DNA of 64,000 nucleotides, from contig CM097883.1 of the NCBI GenBank assembly GCA_044892505.1, positions 396,242,001 through 396,306,000 on the forward strand. Reading direction: 5' to 3'. Every line of letters starts with the position of its first letter. Position 1 is the stretch's first letter. The stretch comes from Schmidtea nova (lineage: Eukaryota). The notes under the pieces are model-generated. The model did not search any database. It saw only the letters and a program-made list of their open reading frames with translations, and was not told the DNA's origin. Positions 1 to 10,994 of this stretch are shown piece after piece. The position numbers were made by a program, and so were the translations under genes.

Positions 1-155
1 CATAAATTGTGGCCCTGAAGAGGGCCGATTGTGCATTCGCATATCTTTCTGGTTTTTTTTTTTTGATTTTCTGTTTTTTGATTTTTTGAATTTTGTTTTT
101 TGATTTTCTCTTATTTTTCTTTTTCCATTTTCTGATTAGATAATTTTTCCAGCCA

Positions 156-3100
156 TCATTGCAAATAATTATGCTCCGGCTCTTCGTAAAATAAATACGG
201 ATCATTTTGTAGCTGTTGTTGTAGCTGTTGTATCTGTTGTTGTTGTTGTTGAATCTGCTGCTGAGGCTGCTCCGTATCTAAAATACTGTTACCCCCTCTA
301 TAATGGCCATATGCCAGGCTTTTATTTTTCCCTACCCAATTGCGCTTATCATCTCTACAGTTTAATGCACGCTTATTATTTTTCACACTAAAAAGCTGGT
401 GATTTTTCGATGTTATCCTAAACTGGGGGACCGTATAGATCTTGTTATTTAAATAGCAATCGAGATACGACTGATGAGTTAGTCCAGTATCCTTCATGCA
501 TATCCCCTTAGCCTTCATACTTTCCTCATCACCCATTAAACTGTAGCATTTCGGTCTAAGAAACACCCACTCTTTATACAACATCCCTTTACTCTCGTCT
601 TTGAACTTTCCAATGACAGAGTCAAGGTTTCTGTTGTATAAAGGATCCATAGGGTCATAATTAGAGGTGTCCAGCAAGCAATCATTAACCATAGCCGGTA
701 AAAGAGTGTCAAGACTACAGTTTTTGACCTCAAGAAAAAAGGAGTCAGTATCCCCAGCGACGATGTTAATCTTACAGTTGTAGTCGTCACGATATTTTTG
801 TAACTCTACATACTGTAGCTGGTACATTCTTAGTTTGGATAAATCCAGTACAGTTTGACCGATGTAGCTGGGTCTATCCAAACATACTGACTCCTTTCGC
901 AGCAAGACAGAAATAAGATCATTGTCTATTTTATTAGTTTTACGAAACGTAGGTTTCGAGCAATAAGTTAATAATTTTTCGGCATTATTACATAGGCGCA
1001 AATTAATACGCTTTTTTAAATTTTCAACAGTCTTGCCGTAAAGACTGTTGTTTAATAATTTATAAAAATCTCGATCTAATTTAGTTGTTGACGCCGATCG
1101 TAACGTCGTATTTGTGTTGATATAATTTAAAAAAATTTTATCTTGATTAAATTTTATGGCCCTGTGGACCTTTGTTATCACGATGCCTAATTTAAGAAAT
1201 AGTTGCAGAAGCCGCCAATGAAGAACATAGTTCTTCTTTGGATTATGCGTGAGCATCAGCTTCTCAACCTTGGATCCCGGTGCACACATCTTTTCAGCGG
1301 CAACTGGAAGATCATCCAGTTTGTCGTGAATTGATGCCGGTATCTCCAAATCCACTTCTATGGTGTAGCCATAATGAAGTGCATCTAGATCAACCGATGT
1401 GCACTGACAAACGATTTCATTTAATAAGTGGTCATCTGTGACCCATTCAAAATTCGAACAAGGTAAAGGTTGGCTTAAGGCCCATCCGTACAAGTTATTG
1501 ATATCAATGTAAAGCAATGCGGTATCCGGGCTTGTTTTTACATAGTGTTTGTTAATAAAAGTTAGTCCGCCACGGATACCGCCCTCGAAAAAATTGTACA
1601 TTTCCATATCGGTGAGGAGCTCGATTGGAGATTCTAAGGTCATTAAGGCAGAACTCCAAGATAAACTTGGAATCCCGAGGAAATTCAGAGGTTCAAGTCT
1701 ATTGTGATTAATAGACTTGAAACGGAATTGCTGGAAAAAATCAGCAAGTAAAAAGACGTCCAGTTTTAAATAAACCATCATGTAATCAAAAAGTGAATTA
1801 CATGATGTTTCAACCCATATTCTTTGCGCCATTGCATATTCTTCTGGCTTTACATCTTTCCAGATCGGCGGGAGAGCTAAAGTAGAATGTAAAACTTCTA
1901 AGGAAGTTGCAGCATCATAGGGAAAAATGCCCTTGGCTGTTATTATAGTGCCTTGAAATTCTGATTCGGTGAGTGGTAAGGAAGTAAGAGTTTTGACAGC
2001 ATTATTTAAAGACTCGCTGACGAATTGGTATGAGTCTATGAATTTGACAGTTAAAGAGTCAATCCTAGCAAAAAGACTAAGAAATTTCTCACTGGTTAAT
2101 GGAATACAGCTAATATTCCATTTTCTGTATTTAGATAAACCATATTTTAGAATATGGTGTAGATCATACCCCTTTAAATTGTGAAAGATGACAGGAAGGG
2201 TATGTCTAATCTGCCTATTTTTATTACATTCTGAGCAAGCTGCTCCAAGAAAAAGACCGGTGAAATGGTCATGGTCACTAACAGGTCGACATAATAGCTT
2301 TTTACATAAATAACAAATTGTGCTGTTGTTAAATTCAATTTGTTGCTCATGGCTAATTATCATAGTTTTATTAGCGTTTTTATAATAGTACGGTGTTACT
2401 ATATGGCGACTTATAAGTTCTATTTCATTTAGGAAATCCTCTACACAATTAAGGCCGGCAAAAGATTTATAAGATTTTTGTCCAGTAAAATTGTTAATTA
2501 ATAACAAACCCGCAGAAATAGGCAAATGCTTTTGGAAATACCTGGTGTCCGCAGGTAAGATTGCCTCAAAGTCGGCATAAATAACAAAGGGAGGAGTCAC
2601 TGTTTTGCGCCATTCAGTAAATTCCAGCATCTTATTTTTTGGTAAAGTGTACAAAGTTGTACCAGTTTGATTCTTATCACAAAGACCCCTATGCCTATTG
2701 AAAACCTCATCATTTCGAAAACCATTTAAGCATCTCGGACACCATTTACTACAAATCCTAACCGAAGTTATAGCGCTATTACGGCAATTCAAAAAACGAT
2801 TCAAATCAAAGATGCCTATATAATGAAAAGTTTTTCTGTTTTGAAGTAATAACAGATTTATTGGGGTACCACCTACAACTTTTGACTTGTAAATTAAGTC
2901 AATAAAAGGATGTTTAAGGACAATATCCTGATTTTCATCAATAAGGTCTAATAAGGGATTTTCATCATATGACAAAACATTGACGCTATAACCTGGGTTT
3001 TGTCTCTCAAATTTACTTATATTACCAAGTCTCATAGGCATATCATTGGGGTCATAATTCAATTGTGAAAGATTATAAGAGGAAGGAATGCAACGAGTTT

Positions 3101-5213
3101 CATTTGTTAAACTGTCATATTTAATTATAGAAAGGAAACTATATAAAAAACAAAAGTTGTCCTGATTTACCACATTTACTAAACATTTCTTTTTCCTTAA
3201 AGATTTCGGAGTTTCGATAAACTGACTTCCGCTTAATCGAGTTATTTCAGAGTATCTGGTCAAGACAAAGCTAATGTATTCAACTTTTGAGATAGTCCAG
3301 TTACTACCTTTCTCATTTATAGCGATGATTTTTTCATTTAAAAGAGCAATACCTTCCTCAATGAAGGTATCACTCCAGACCCTGGCAGAATTTGAGATAA
3401 CGAACGATTGTAATTCATCGTCCTTCTCAAATTCCACCTTCAAACAGAATTGAATTTTAACAGTTTTATATTTGTTAACTTCAAAAGTTAATTTATCTAA
3501 AAGAATTGTCGGTACTGATACTGTTTTCAAATTAAGATTTTCCACGTCCATCTTAACAATTATATGATTGTTATTTAAGTCATTGACGATTTCGACGGCA
3601 CCATATCCGATTTGGTTATTATTTAAATTATTTAAATTATTTACATTATTATTTAAATTTTCATCATCACTGATGACTATTAATTCATCATCAGTGAGAT
3701 CTATTATTTGAATTTTAGTAGGAACTGAATCCGGTATTTTAATATGTTTTCTTTTATTAATATTTAAATTATTTGTATTATTAGTGATATTATTTGTATT
3801 AGTGATATTATTTAAATTATTAGTAAGATTATTATTTGTATTATTTGTATTAGTGATATTATTTAGATTGTTTGTATTATTTAGATTGTTTGTATTATTA
3901 AGATTATTTGTATTATTTAGATTATTATTATTTATAGTATTAATTATAGGATTATTTATAGTATTAATAAAATTAGGAAAAAGTTGCTTAAATAAAATTT
4001 TCTTAGAAGGCTGAAACTGTGAAAGATGGCTACAGTGCCTATTAAAGAAATCTAAATATGGGCAAATTTCGATAATTTTACAGGTGGGGCATATGAGGTG
4101 GGTAACAGTATTAAATGCAATCGAGTAGTATTTTTCCATAATGATATGACAATCATTATGGAACCTACTGTTGCAAAAAATTTTGTAGGTTGAACCTGAA
4201 TTTTGAAATAAAAAAAAAATTAAATAAATTATCAATATATATAATGAAAATAAAAAATAATATAAAGTAAAATAGATATTTCATAATATAAATATCTTTA
4301 TTGAAAAATCAAAATTTCATAATATAATGGTATAACATAAATGTTTTTAGTGAAAATGGATAATTCATATTTCATAATATAATGCTATAACATAAATATT
4401 TTTTATTGAAAAGTAAAATAGACATTTCATATTATAATTCTATAAGATAAATGTTTTTTATTGAAAAGTAAAATGGATATTTCCTAATATAATGGTATAA
4501 CATAAATGTTTTTTAGTGAAAATGGATATTTCATAATATAATGGTATAACATAAATGTTTTTAGTGAAAATGGATATTTCATAATAAAATTCTAGTACAT
4601 AAATGTCTTTTAACAAAAATTATAATTCATATTTCATAATATAATGCTATAACATAAATACTTTTTATTGAAAATGGATATTTCATAATAAAATTCTAGT
4701 ACATAAATGTCTTTTAACAAAAATTATAATTCATATTTCATAATATAATGCTATAACATAAATACTTTTAATATTATACTTTTAAATCATTTAGTAATTG
4801 TTTTTATAAACCATTACTAAATTATTTAAAAATAATATATTAAAAGTATTATTTATATTAAAAAGTTAAATTAAAAAAGTTAAATTATAAATCAATAATG
4901 ATTAATACTTACATTTGTTCTTCCCATAAATTGGGGCATCCAGATTAACAGGAGCATTTCTCGGGACGTCAGCAACTTTCGGGACGTCAGCATTTCTCGG
5001 GACATCATCATGATTCGGGACCTCATCGTCCATATCAACATTTGGCATATTAACTGAAGAATTCATAATTAAAAATATTAATAAAATAAATAAATAAATT
5101 ACAATTAGTTCGTCCCATTGACGAAAATGTACCCATCCTAGATGCTTCGGCATTGTTGTTGTTATTGTTGTTGTTGTTGTTGTTGTTGTTTTTGTTATTA
5201 TTAACTAAAGTAA

Positions 5214-5245
<32 letters not shown>

Positions 5246-5472
5246 CTACCTAGAAATCTTATCCCATTATGCTCTCCAACTCTGAATATTGGAGCATCAT
5301 TCCTTGACGTATCATCATCATCATTACGTTTTAACAACGTTGCAGCGATATTTCGCGCAATATTCATTTCTGAAATAATAAAATTAAAAATAAAAATAAT
5401 AATAAAAATAATAAATATACCATTAACACCTCCAGCGAGATGTCGTTCCTTTACGATTCGAATATTGTTCAT
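156..5472 (-). CDS. pPolB: Protein-primed family B DNA polymerase; predicted exons 5472-5421, 5369-5250, 5204-5103, 5053-4913, 4195-156 (about 1484 aa)
   Basis: Exonuclease motifs VIYADFE, FHNLKGYD, YLKLDV; polymerase motifs YIDINNLYG, KLLNNSLYGK, AGDTDS; inserted Endo-VII-like CYLC..DHDHFTG..AACSEC. The track ORF starts at a TTG within an intron-like tract. Four GT-AG introns (51, 45, 49, 717 nt) join the upstream small ORFs in frame. The polymerase call is near certain; the exon model is inferred. Confidence 0.93.
4277..4770. repeat. Degenerate ~48-58 bp minisatellite inside predicted pPolB intron 4
   Basis: About nine imperfect copies of TATTTCATAATATAATGGTATAACATAAATGTTTTTAGTGAAAATGGA. 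Confidence 0.85.
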
Positions 5473-5540
5473 CTTTTATTGATAATTTAAAATTGATAAT
5501 AGATTTAAAAATTTGTAAGTAAAAAGTGACGAAATAATGC

Positions 5541-5760
5541 AAGTATATACTATATAAAGATGAATTTTATTAACCGACCAATCAGAATCGAGATAGGATA
5601 GGCAAATACATGCACACATGCTGCACACATAATGTACCTTTGTTTATGTGTGTTTGACGTCACGATATTGCTTTGTATCGTGACAAAGACATGATATGAC
5701 GTGTTTCATCATGTGCTTATCACGCACTGATCACGCACTGTTCATGTCTTTATGATTAAA
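5541..5760 (-). promoter_or_regulatory. Putative promoter of the spliced pPolB gene
   Basis: CCAATCAG at 5578-5585, TATA-like tract 5544-5558, AAAGACATG at 5685-5693 and its reverse complement at 5743-5751, upstream of ATG 5472. Confidence 0.55.
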
Positions 5761-5836
5761 ATAATAATATTTAATATTAATAATAATAAAAATAATAATA
5801 TTTTAAAAAATAATAATAAAAAATAATAAAATACAT

Positions 5837-6238
5837 TTATTGCTTTAAATAATCTACAACAGCAGACAAGCACCCTTTATAGGCACACATACAATGGTCT
5901 TTATAGGGACATGAAATGTTTTCAGGAACATATTCAACTTCTTTATAAGTATACTTGATTAATCTTAATTTCGGGAAATACTTCTTCAAAACATACATCT
6001 TTTCATTATCGGTAACATAGAAAATAGCTCCTTTATCTGTAATATCATCCATTATACATTTTGGGCAAAAATAATCTTGTCCTTCAAACGATTCGATACG
6101 ATCAGGCCATAAAGATAAATCACTGTATATATAATACTGGGGTGTGAAAATATTATTAACATTCATAATACATAATTCCTTAATTGTTGTTCCACCCATT
6201 TCATTATAACCATAAAAATCGATAAAATAACAAGACAT
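5837..6238 (-). CDS. Polinton accessory protein, possible degenerate DnaQ/DEDD-like fold with C-terminal Cys/His cluster
   Basis: FIDFYGY..IKELCI start, FYVTDNEK middle and CPYKDHCMCA end resemble a small protein family I recall from invertebrate Polintons; ATG-started intact ORF. Confidence 0.5.
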   Translation of the reverse strand: MSCYFIDFYGYNEMGGTTIKELCIMNVNNIFTPQYYIYSDLSLWPDRIESFEGQDYFCPKCIMDDITDKGAIFYVTDNEKMYVLKKYFPKLRLIKYTYKEVEYVPENISCPYKDHCMCAYKGCLSAVVDYLKQ

Positions 6239-6269
6239 TTTTCAAATAAAATATATTAAAATAAATTGT

Positions 6270-6646
6270 TTATAACATTGATTTCAACCATGCAAGGCAA
6301 TGTTCACCACAAGTGATTGTTAAAGGATGCTGATATCGAATTCTATTATACACAATAGGTTTACCAATAGTTTGTAGTTTTCGAACAAGTAAATTCGGAT
6401 AATAATATCCAAATGGATCAAATACATGTATTCGATCTGGTTTCACGTAAACTGCAATCCAATGTTCACCGCCCAACGTAGATGTCTGAGTATTTACAAT
6501 GATGGCTTGATTCATTTTCAAATAAGGTATTTTATCCAGAGGAAATACTCCAATAAATTGATTTCCCAATAGTTTTTTACCTTGATGTAATACCTGAATA
6601 GAACTAATTAAAATAAATAACTAATCAAATAAAAATCTTACTCCAT
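6270..6646 (-). CDS. Adenain-like cysteine protease; exons 6646-6642 and 6603-6270 (112 aa)
   Basis: Catalytic motifs GEHW, FDPFG, YQHP, TCGEHC. A 38-nt GTAAG..AG intron gives the start MDSIQVLHQGKKLLGNQFIGVFPLD. TATAAAT lies at 6687-6681. Confidence 0.9.
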
Positions 6647-6723
6647 GATGATAATAATAATAATAATAATAACTTTGGTCATTTATACTGTTTAAACCAA
6701 TAATGTTTTTTTTTTTGCAGACC

Positions 6724-7944
6724 TCAAACTAGTATTGTTCGATTGGCAGTAATTTGTACTTCATTTTCAAAAACTCCATATATAATTACATGAACCGGTT
6801 CATCAATGGGTTTTGCAAACTTTATATCGAGTCGTAAATTCCCGTTTTGAGGGATTTGGCTTTGATTCAAATCGAAATCGGGAGCGAGCACAAATGTAAA
6901 GAATGGATATTTACTTTTAAATTCATCCAGACTTATACCACAATTCAAGTTTTTATCCAAATATCCTAGATTTCGGACAAGACTTTGCATATATGTGGCA
7001 CTAAAATTATCATTTTCAAAATCTTGAGTATAAGTTTCTCGAAAATCGGTATTTTTCGATAACGATAATGAAGTCACATTGAAATGTTTGAATGTAGATG
7101 CAGATTCAGCATATGATCCATTATATTGATTTTCAGTTTGAAAAGCCACAAGAATGAAATTAGGCATTCTTCTATCTCCAAATATTTGCTCCTTGTAAAA
7201 TGACGATGCCCCTTTACCGATTGCAAACGATACGATTTCTTTAGATTTTAATGGATAAATTGCATGTTTACTATTTAAACCAATTTGATGACCGGCCAAA
7301 ACTGAAGATTCACATCGAACTCTTCTTACCATTAATTTTGCATCAACTATTTGGATTATAGGTTTCCCAGCTGCAGATTTCAATGATAATGAAGATTCAG
7401 ATCTCTTCAATCTAATATGTACATTAACTCCGGGAAGTAAGTATTTTGGTTGATCCATAAAATCGAGTTGTAATGATGAACACATGTTGAAAAGTTTAGA
7501 TCCCTTGATCCATTTTTTCCGATCGTCAGCGGAACCATATCCCATTGGAGTAAGACATGTTTCTTTTGTATCGCTAGTATAATTTAAAACAGTTTCGATT
7601 ATGGCCTTGTGTGCATATGTATTGTTTCCACCCTCGATTTTTATATTATTAAATCCAAGAATCGCATCTTTGAAAAGAGTATGAAATAGGTAATTATTAG
7701 GCACTACATCACTCGCATCAACTAATTTATTTTTATCTTTATCTAGAACCTTGACAGTAACGGATAATAAAGTATCGTTCAAATCCAAATATTCGGTTGC
7801 CGATCCATTAATGTAAAATTCAACATCATTTCTACTATCTGTAATAGAATTCATTGGAAAAACATCTTCAAACACCCCATATTCAATAACTGCTTGAGGT
7901 GATGGTCGATCAAAAAGACATAATTCAGATTTACCGCAAATCAT
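6724..7944 (-). CDS. Major capsid protein (double jelly-roll, Polinton type)
   Basis: N-terminal CGKSELCLF..PQAVIE..VEFYING..EYLDLNDTLL and C-terminal GNLRLDIKFAKP..VIIYGVFENEVQI motifs; 406 aa. Confidence 0.9.
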   Translation of the reverse strand: MICGKSELCLFDRPSPQAVIEYGVFEDVFPMNSITDSRNDVEFYINGSATEYLDLNDTLLSVTVKVLDKDKNKLVDASDVVPNNYLFHTLFKDAILGFNNIKIEGGNNTYAHKAIIETVLNYTSDTKETCLTPMGYGSADDRKKWIKGSKLFNMCSSLQLDFMDQPKYLLPGVNVHIRLKRSESSLSLKSAAGKPIIQIVDAKLMVRRVRCESSVLAGHQIGLNSKHAIYPLKSKEIVSFAIGKGASSFYKEQIFGDRRMPNFILVAFQTENQYNGSYAESASTFKHFNVTSLSLSKNTDFRETYTQDFENDNFSATYMQSLVRNLGYLDKNLNCGISLDEFKSKYPFFTFVLAPDFDLNQSQIPQNGNLRLDIKFAKPIDEPVHVIIYGVFENEVQITANRTILV

Positions 7945-8306
7945 TCTTCAAATATAGTTCCATGACCTTTCATTCGTTTGTTTATACGTTTTCTAATCTT
8001 TTTACGTCTTGGTCCTACCGGTTCAGGTTGCGGTTCGTTTTTGGAAAACATATTTGAAATTGACGGTATCGCCTTGGATACAGCCTCCATAGCATTCGTT
8101 TTCAATGTAGGCAAAATTTTCTGATCTTTCATTATAACGTCTTTAGCAGTTTTCATTCCAAAACTGCCCAGTCGCTTAAGTAGTGGAAGTGCAAATCTTC
8201 CAATAGTTTTCAACCAACCTGATCCATACTGTTTACCTATAAAATACGGTAATTCGCCACCAGTTTGACTATTACTGTACAATGAAATTATATCGGGATT
8301 ACTCAT
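7941..8306 (-). CDS. Core/cement-like virion protein with protease-site motifs
   Basis: QTGGELPYFIGKQYGSGW, then an amphipathic helix and a basic tail RRKKIRKR..MKGHG; sits between the two capsid genes. Confidence 0.65.
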   Translation of the reverse strand: MSNPDIISLYSNSQTGGELPYFIGKQYGSGWLKTIGRFALPLLKRLGSFGMKTAKDVIMKDQKILPTLKTNAMEAVSKAIPSISNMFSKNEPQPEPVGPRRKKIRKRINKRMKGHGTIFEE

Positions 8307-9351
8307 GATGTTTTCGAAAATGTAGAGTCAAATGAGTTTTTGAATTTTTTGGAAAGTTTATTAAATTACCTCTATCATCTCGGATATTTATTTCTATATT
8401 GTTTATACAAGATGTTGAAACAGATAAATACATTGGATTTTCAACTTGTATTTGAACAACCTCATCCTGTTCATATTTTTCAATCCATACAGATTTCAAC
8501 ATGGGAACTAATGAATCACCGACAATTATAGGATTGACTATATTACTGTAAATGAACATTTGCTGATGAAGTTTAATTATTTTTGGTTTATATATTCCAA
8601 CAGTGAAGCTTCCGTCTTGAGCATATGTAGCTTTCGCTAATCCCAATGTTTTTACAAGGTTATTGTCAAAAGTTATTTCGCTAACATCTGCATTCAAACT
8701 GAATTTGAAGTAACTATCATCTACCAATTCCAGAGATTTAAAAATACTTGCACAATTTAGAATAAAATATGATTGCATTTCATCCAGTTTCGATATGTAT
8801 AAATTATCGGTAAATGTATGTATAAATGCAGAATCAGCCTTGTACTCCATCTTTATTCTAATTTTTTCCAGTAATGGACCATCTATACCATAATGTGGTA
8901 ACGGTATCTTGTATGTATCTGTAGGACTTACAATACTCTGTTTCGTTAATCCCATTCTTTTTGCCATTGCCAAAGTATCAAAAGTTATAGTGAAGGGAAA
9001 ATTATCACAGGTAAAATAAATAGATTGTCTATCGCTACTGATTTGAGCAATATCATCGGCAGGATTAGATATATCAACTTCACAAAATTGATTGTTGATA
9101 ATCAAATTTTTATATTTTGTATGTATAGTTTTCTTTTTGTACCGAATTTCTGATTTACTGTAAAATGGAAATGGATTATACACAAATGTAAAGTCTAAGA
9201 GAGCGACTTCCCAAATCCCGTCCAAATACATTGGATTTTGGAGATTGACCATGAAATTACTGGAAGTATTATCTGGATGTATATCTGGACAACTGTTGCT
9301 AGGTAGAATCATATAAAAATTCATTTTACTAGGTTTTTTGATGATATCCAT
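8299..9351 (-). CDS. Minor capsid protein (penton); likely start ATG 9324
   Basis: FYMILPSNS..PDNTSSNF..WEVALL and FIYSNIVNPIIVGD..IEINIRDDRG..LTLHFRK motifs typical of the Polinton penton. Confidence 0.88.
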   Translation of the reverse strand: MDIIKKPSKMNFYMILPSNSCPDIHPDNTSSNFMVNLQNPMYLDGIWEVALLDFTFVYNPFPFYSKSEIRYKKKTIHTKYKNLIINNQFCEVDISNPADDIAQISSDRQSIYFTCDNFPFTITFDTLAMAKRMGLTKQSIVSPTDTYKIPLPHYGIDGPLLEKIRIKMEYKADSAFIHTFTDNLYISKLDEMQSYFILNCASIFKSLELVDDSYFKFSLNADVSEITFDNNLVKTLGLAKATYAQDGSFTVGIYKPKIIKLHQQMFIYSNIVNPIIVGDSLVPMLKSVWIEKYEQDEVVQIQVENPMYLSVSTSCINNIEINIRDDRGNLINFPKNSKTHLTLHFRKHHE

Positions 9352-10370
9352 GATGGTTCTTTATATCCGTGCCACTTTACATAGTATTGTTTATCCTTAC
9401 CCACCATTTTAGATTTCAGGATTTTTTGAATTCTAAATATTGTCGGTGGAGGAATAACTTGTAATTCTTGTTCGTAGAATTTCCCACTGATTATATTGTT
9501 ATCAGAGTCACAAATAGTATACATGACAGGATTCTGCACTGTGTTGACTTTCGATATTTGATATACCTCATCACTCCAATTATTATCAAAATTTTTAATG
9601 AATGGCGATGCACTAATCTTGCTAATTCGAACATGATCACCAATTTTATATTTTGGTTTCTTTACTTTTACTTCACTCACAATATTTTCAGTATCAACTA
9701 CTTCTGCCGGTTTCCTGCCATTTATACCCCGATGAGCACTATGATTATAACTATGAATCAATTGAGGTAAAACATTAATCCAGGTTTTATTGCCTTTAAA
9801 AACAAAGTATTTTTTCAATCGATCACGCAAAGTTCGATTAAATCTCTCGACATGAGCGGCTTTGAATTGCGAGAATACCGAATAATGATTTATTCCCTTG
9901 ATAACTTCCTTGACTTTACTGTTGTAAAATTCCTTTCCTAAAAAAAAATATTAAAAATGTATAAATTTAAATTAAAATTTACCCAAATCGGTTTGTAAAT
10001 TAGTTGGCCGATCCTTTTTCATCATTGTCTTGATAGCGATTGCCATGTCATTAGCTGATTTCGATTTTACTCCAATTGCTCGAGCAAAACGACTGTAAAC
10101 ATCAATACATGTTAAAATATACTTGTACCCCTTGTTAATAGCGGAATACGGAATCATTTCCATCAAATCCATTTGCCACAAATCATTGATTCTATATGTT
10201 TTATATGCTCGAGTTGGAAACCGTTTCAACATCGGTTTGTTTAGACTGTATGCAAGTTGCCCCGATAACCAACTTTGTGTCTGTTGTTTCGACTTCTGTG
10301 CTTTTTTCCTTAGCTTTTCGACTCCACCGAAACCGGCGTCGTCTTTTGGGTTCGTCCAGATCTTCTCCAT
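9321..10370 (-). CDS. int: Retroviral-like (rve) integrase with C-terminal chromodomain; exons 10370-9983 and 9937-9321 (334 aa)
   Basis: DDE motifs WQMDL, QTDLG|KEFYN (restored by removing a 45-nt GT-AG intron, 9982-9938) and HVERFNRTL; chromodomain IQKILK..YYVKWHGY..SWI. Confidence 0.92.
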
Positions 10371-10422
10371 TACAACAAGAAGATTTAAAGTTTAAATTTA
10401 AATTAGGTAATGATTGACCCAT
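10201..10422 (-). CDS. Small overprinted ORF overlapping the integrase 5' end; candidate lipidated basic protein
   Basis: ATG in AAACAATGG context 3 nt after the upstream stop; MGQSL start, CC pair and KRRRRFRWSRK cluster. Confidence 0.45.
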   Translation of the reverse strand: MGQSLPNLNLNFKSSCCNGEDLDEPKRRRRFRWSRKAKEKSTEVETTDTKLVIGATCIQSKQTDVETVSNSSI

Positions 10423-10425
10423 TGT

Positions 10426-10971
10426 TTATGACCTTTGTCCCAATAAACCAGCACCTCCCAATAATGATAAAGCTAGTGGTAATAATGCGGCAATAAATCC
10501 TCCTTGTTGTTTATATATTATTTTTCGCATAAGTTTTCGATTTTTTGTTTTTACTAGCGACAACAATGGTTTCTTATGCTTGTTCAAAACACGTCGATTA
10601 GATGGACTGAGATGCATTTTACCTCGTACTACTTTAATTAAAATAGTGAGTAAATCATCGATAACGTAATTAGGAAACGATTGAAGAATACCCATTCTTC
10701 TAGCGGATGGGGCTTTAAGCAATGCATTAAAAAACGGAAAACTCCGATGATGTACTTGTTTAGCATTTGATTTCAAATTAATTGGAATTTGATTTTGTTT
10801 GGGAAAATTTTCCATAATTAGTTTTTTCGATGGTGTATAACTTGTTTTTGAAACTGATTTTGAAACGGATTTCTTTGTCGATTTCTTTCTTCGACCTGCT
10901 TTCTTACCTATTTTCATTGATTTTCGAGCTTTTATCAATCGTTCAAACTTTACTCGAGATTTCATTAACAT
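10426..10971 (-). CDS. Basic core protein with adenovirus protein X (mu)-like C-terminus
   Basis: Lys/Arg-rich N-terminus; C-terminal QQGGFIAALLPLALSLLGG resembles the pX motif (xRGGFLPALIPIIAAAIGA). Confidence 0.7.
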   Translation of the reverse strand: MLMKSRVKFERLIKARKSMKIGKKAGRRKKSTKKSVSKSVSKTSYTPSKKLIMENFPKQNQIPINLKSNAKQVHHRSFPFFNALLKAPSARRMGILQSFPNYVIDDLLTILIKVVRGKMHLSPSNRRVLNKHKKPLLSLVKTKNRKLMRKIIYKQQGGFIAALLPLALSLLGGAGLLGQRS

Positions 10972-10994
10972 TATTATTATTACTGTAAATCAAT

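Noticed and set aside
1-159. ORF starting at an ATG overlapping the pPolB stop
   Set aside because: That frame stops after seven codons.
536-4014. Short ORFs nested in or antisense to pPolB (536-790, 1969-2184, 3784-4014)
   Set aside because: Shadow frames of the polymerase and its Asn repeats; no motifs.
4277-4770. Repeat arrays (also 14695-15380 and 21780-22598) as CRISPR
   Set aside because: Contiguous degenerate units without unique spacers, eukaryotic context, no cas genes.
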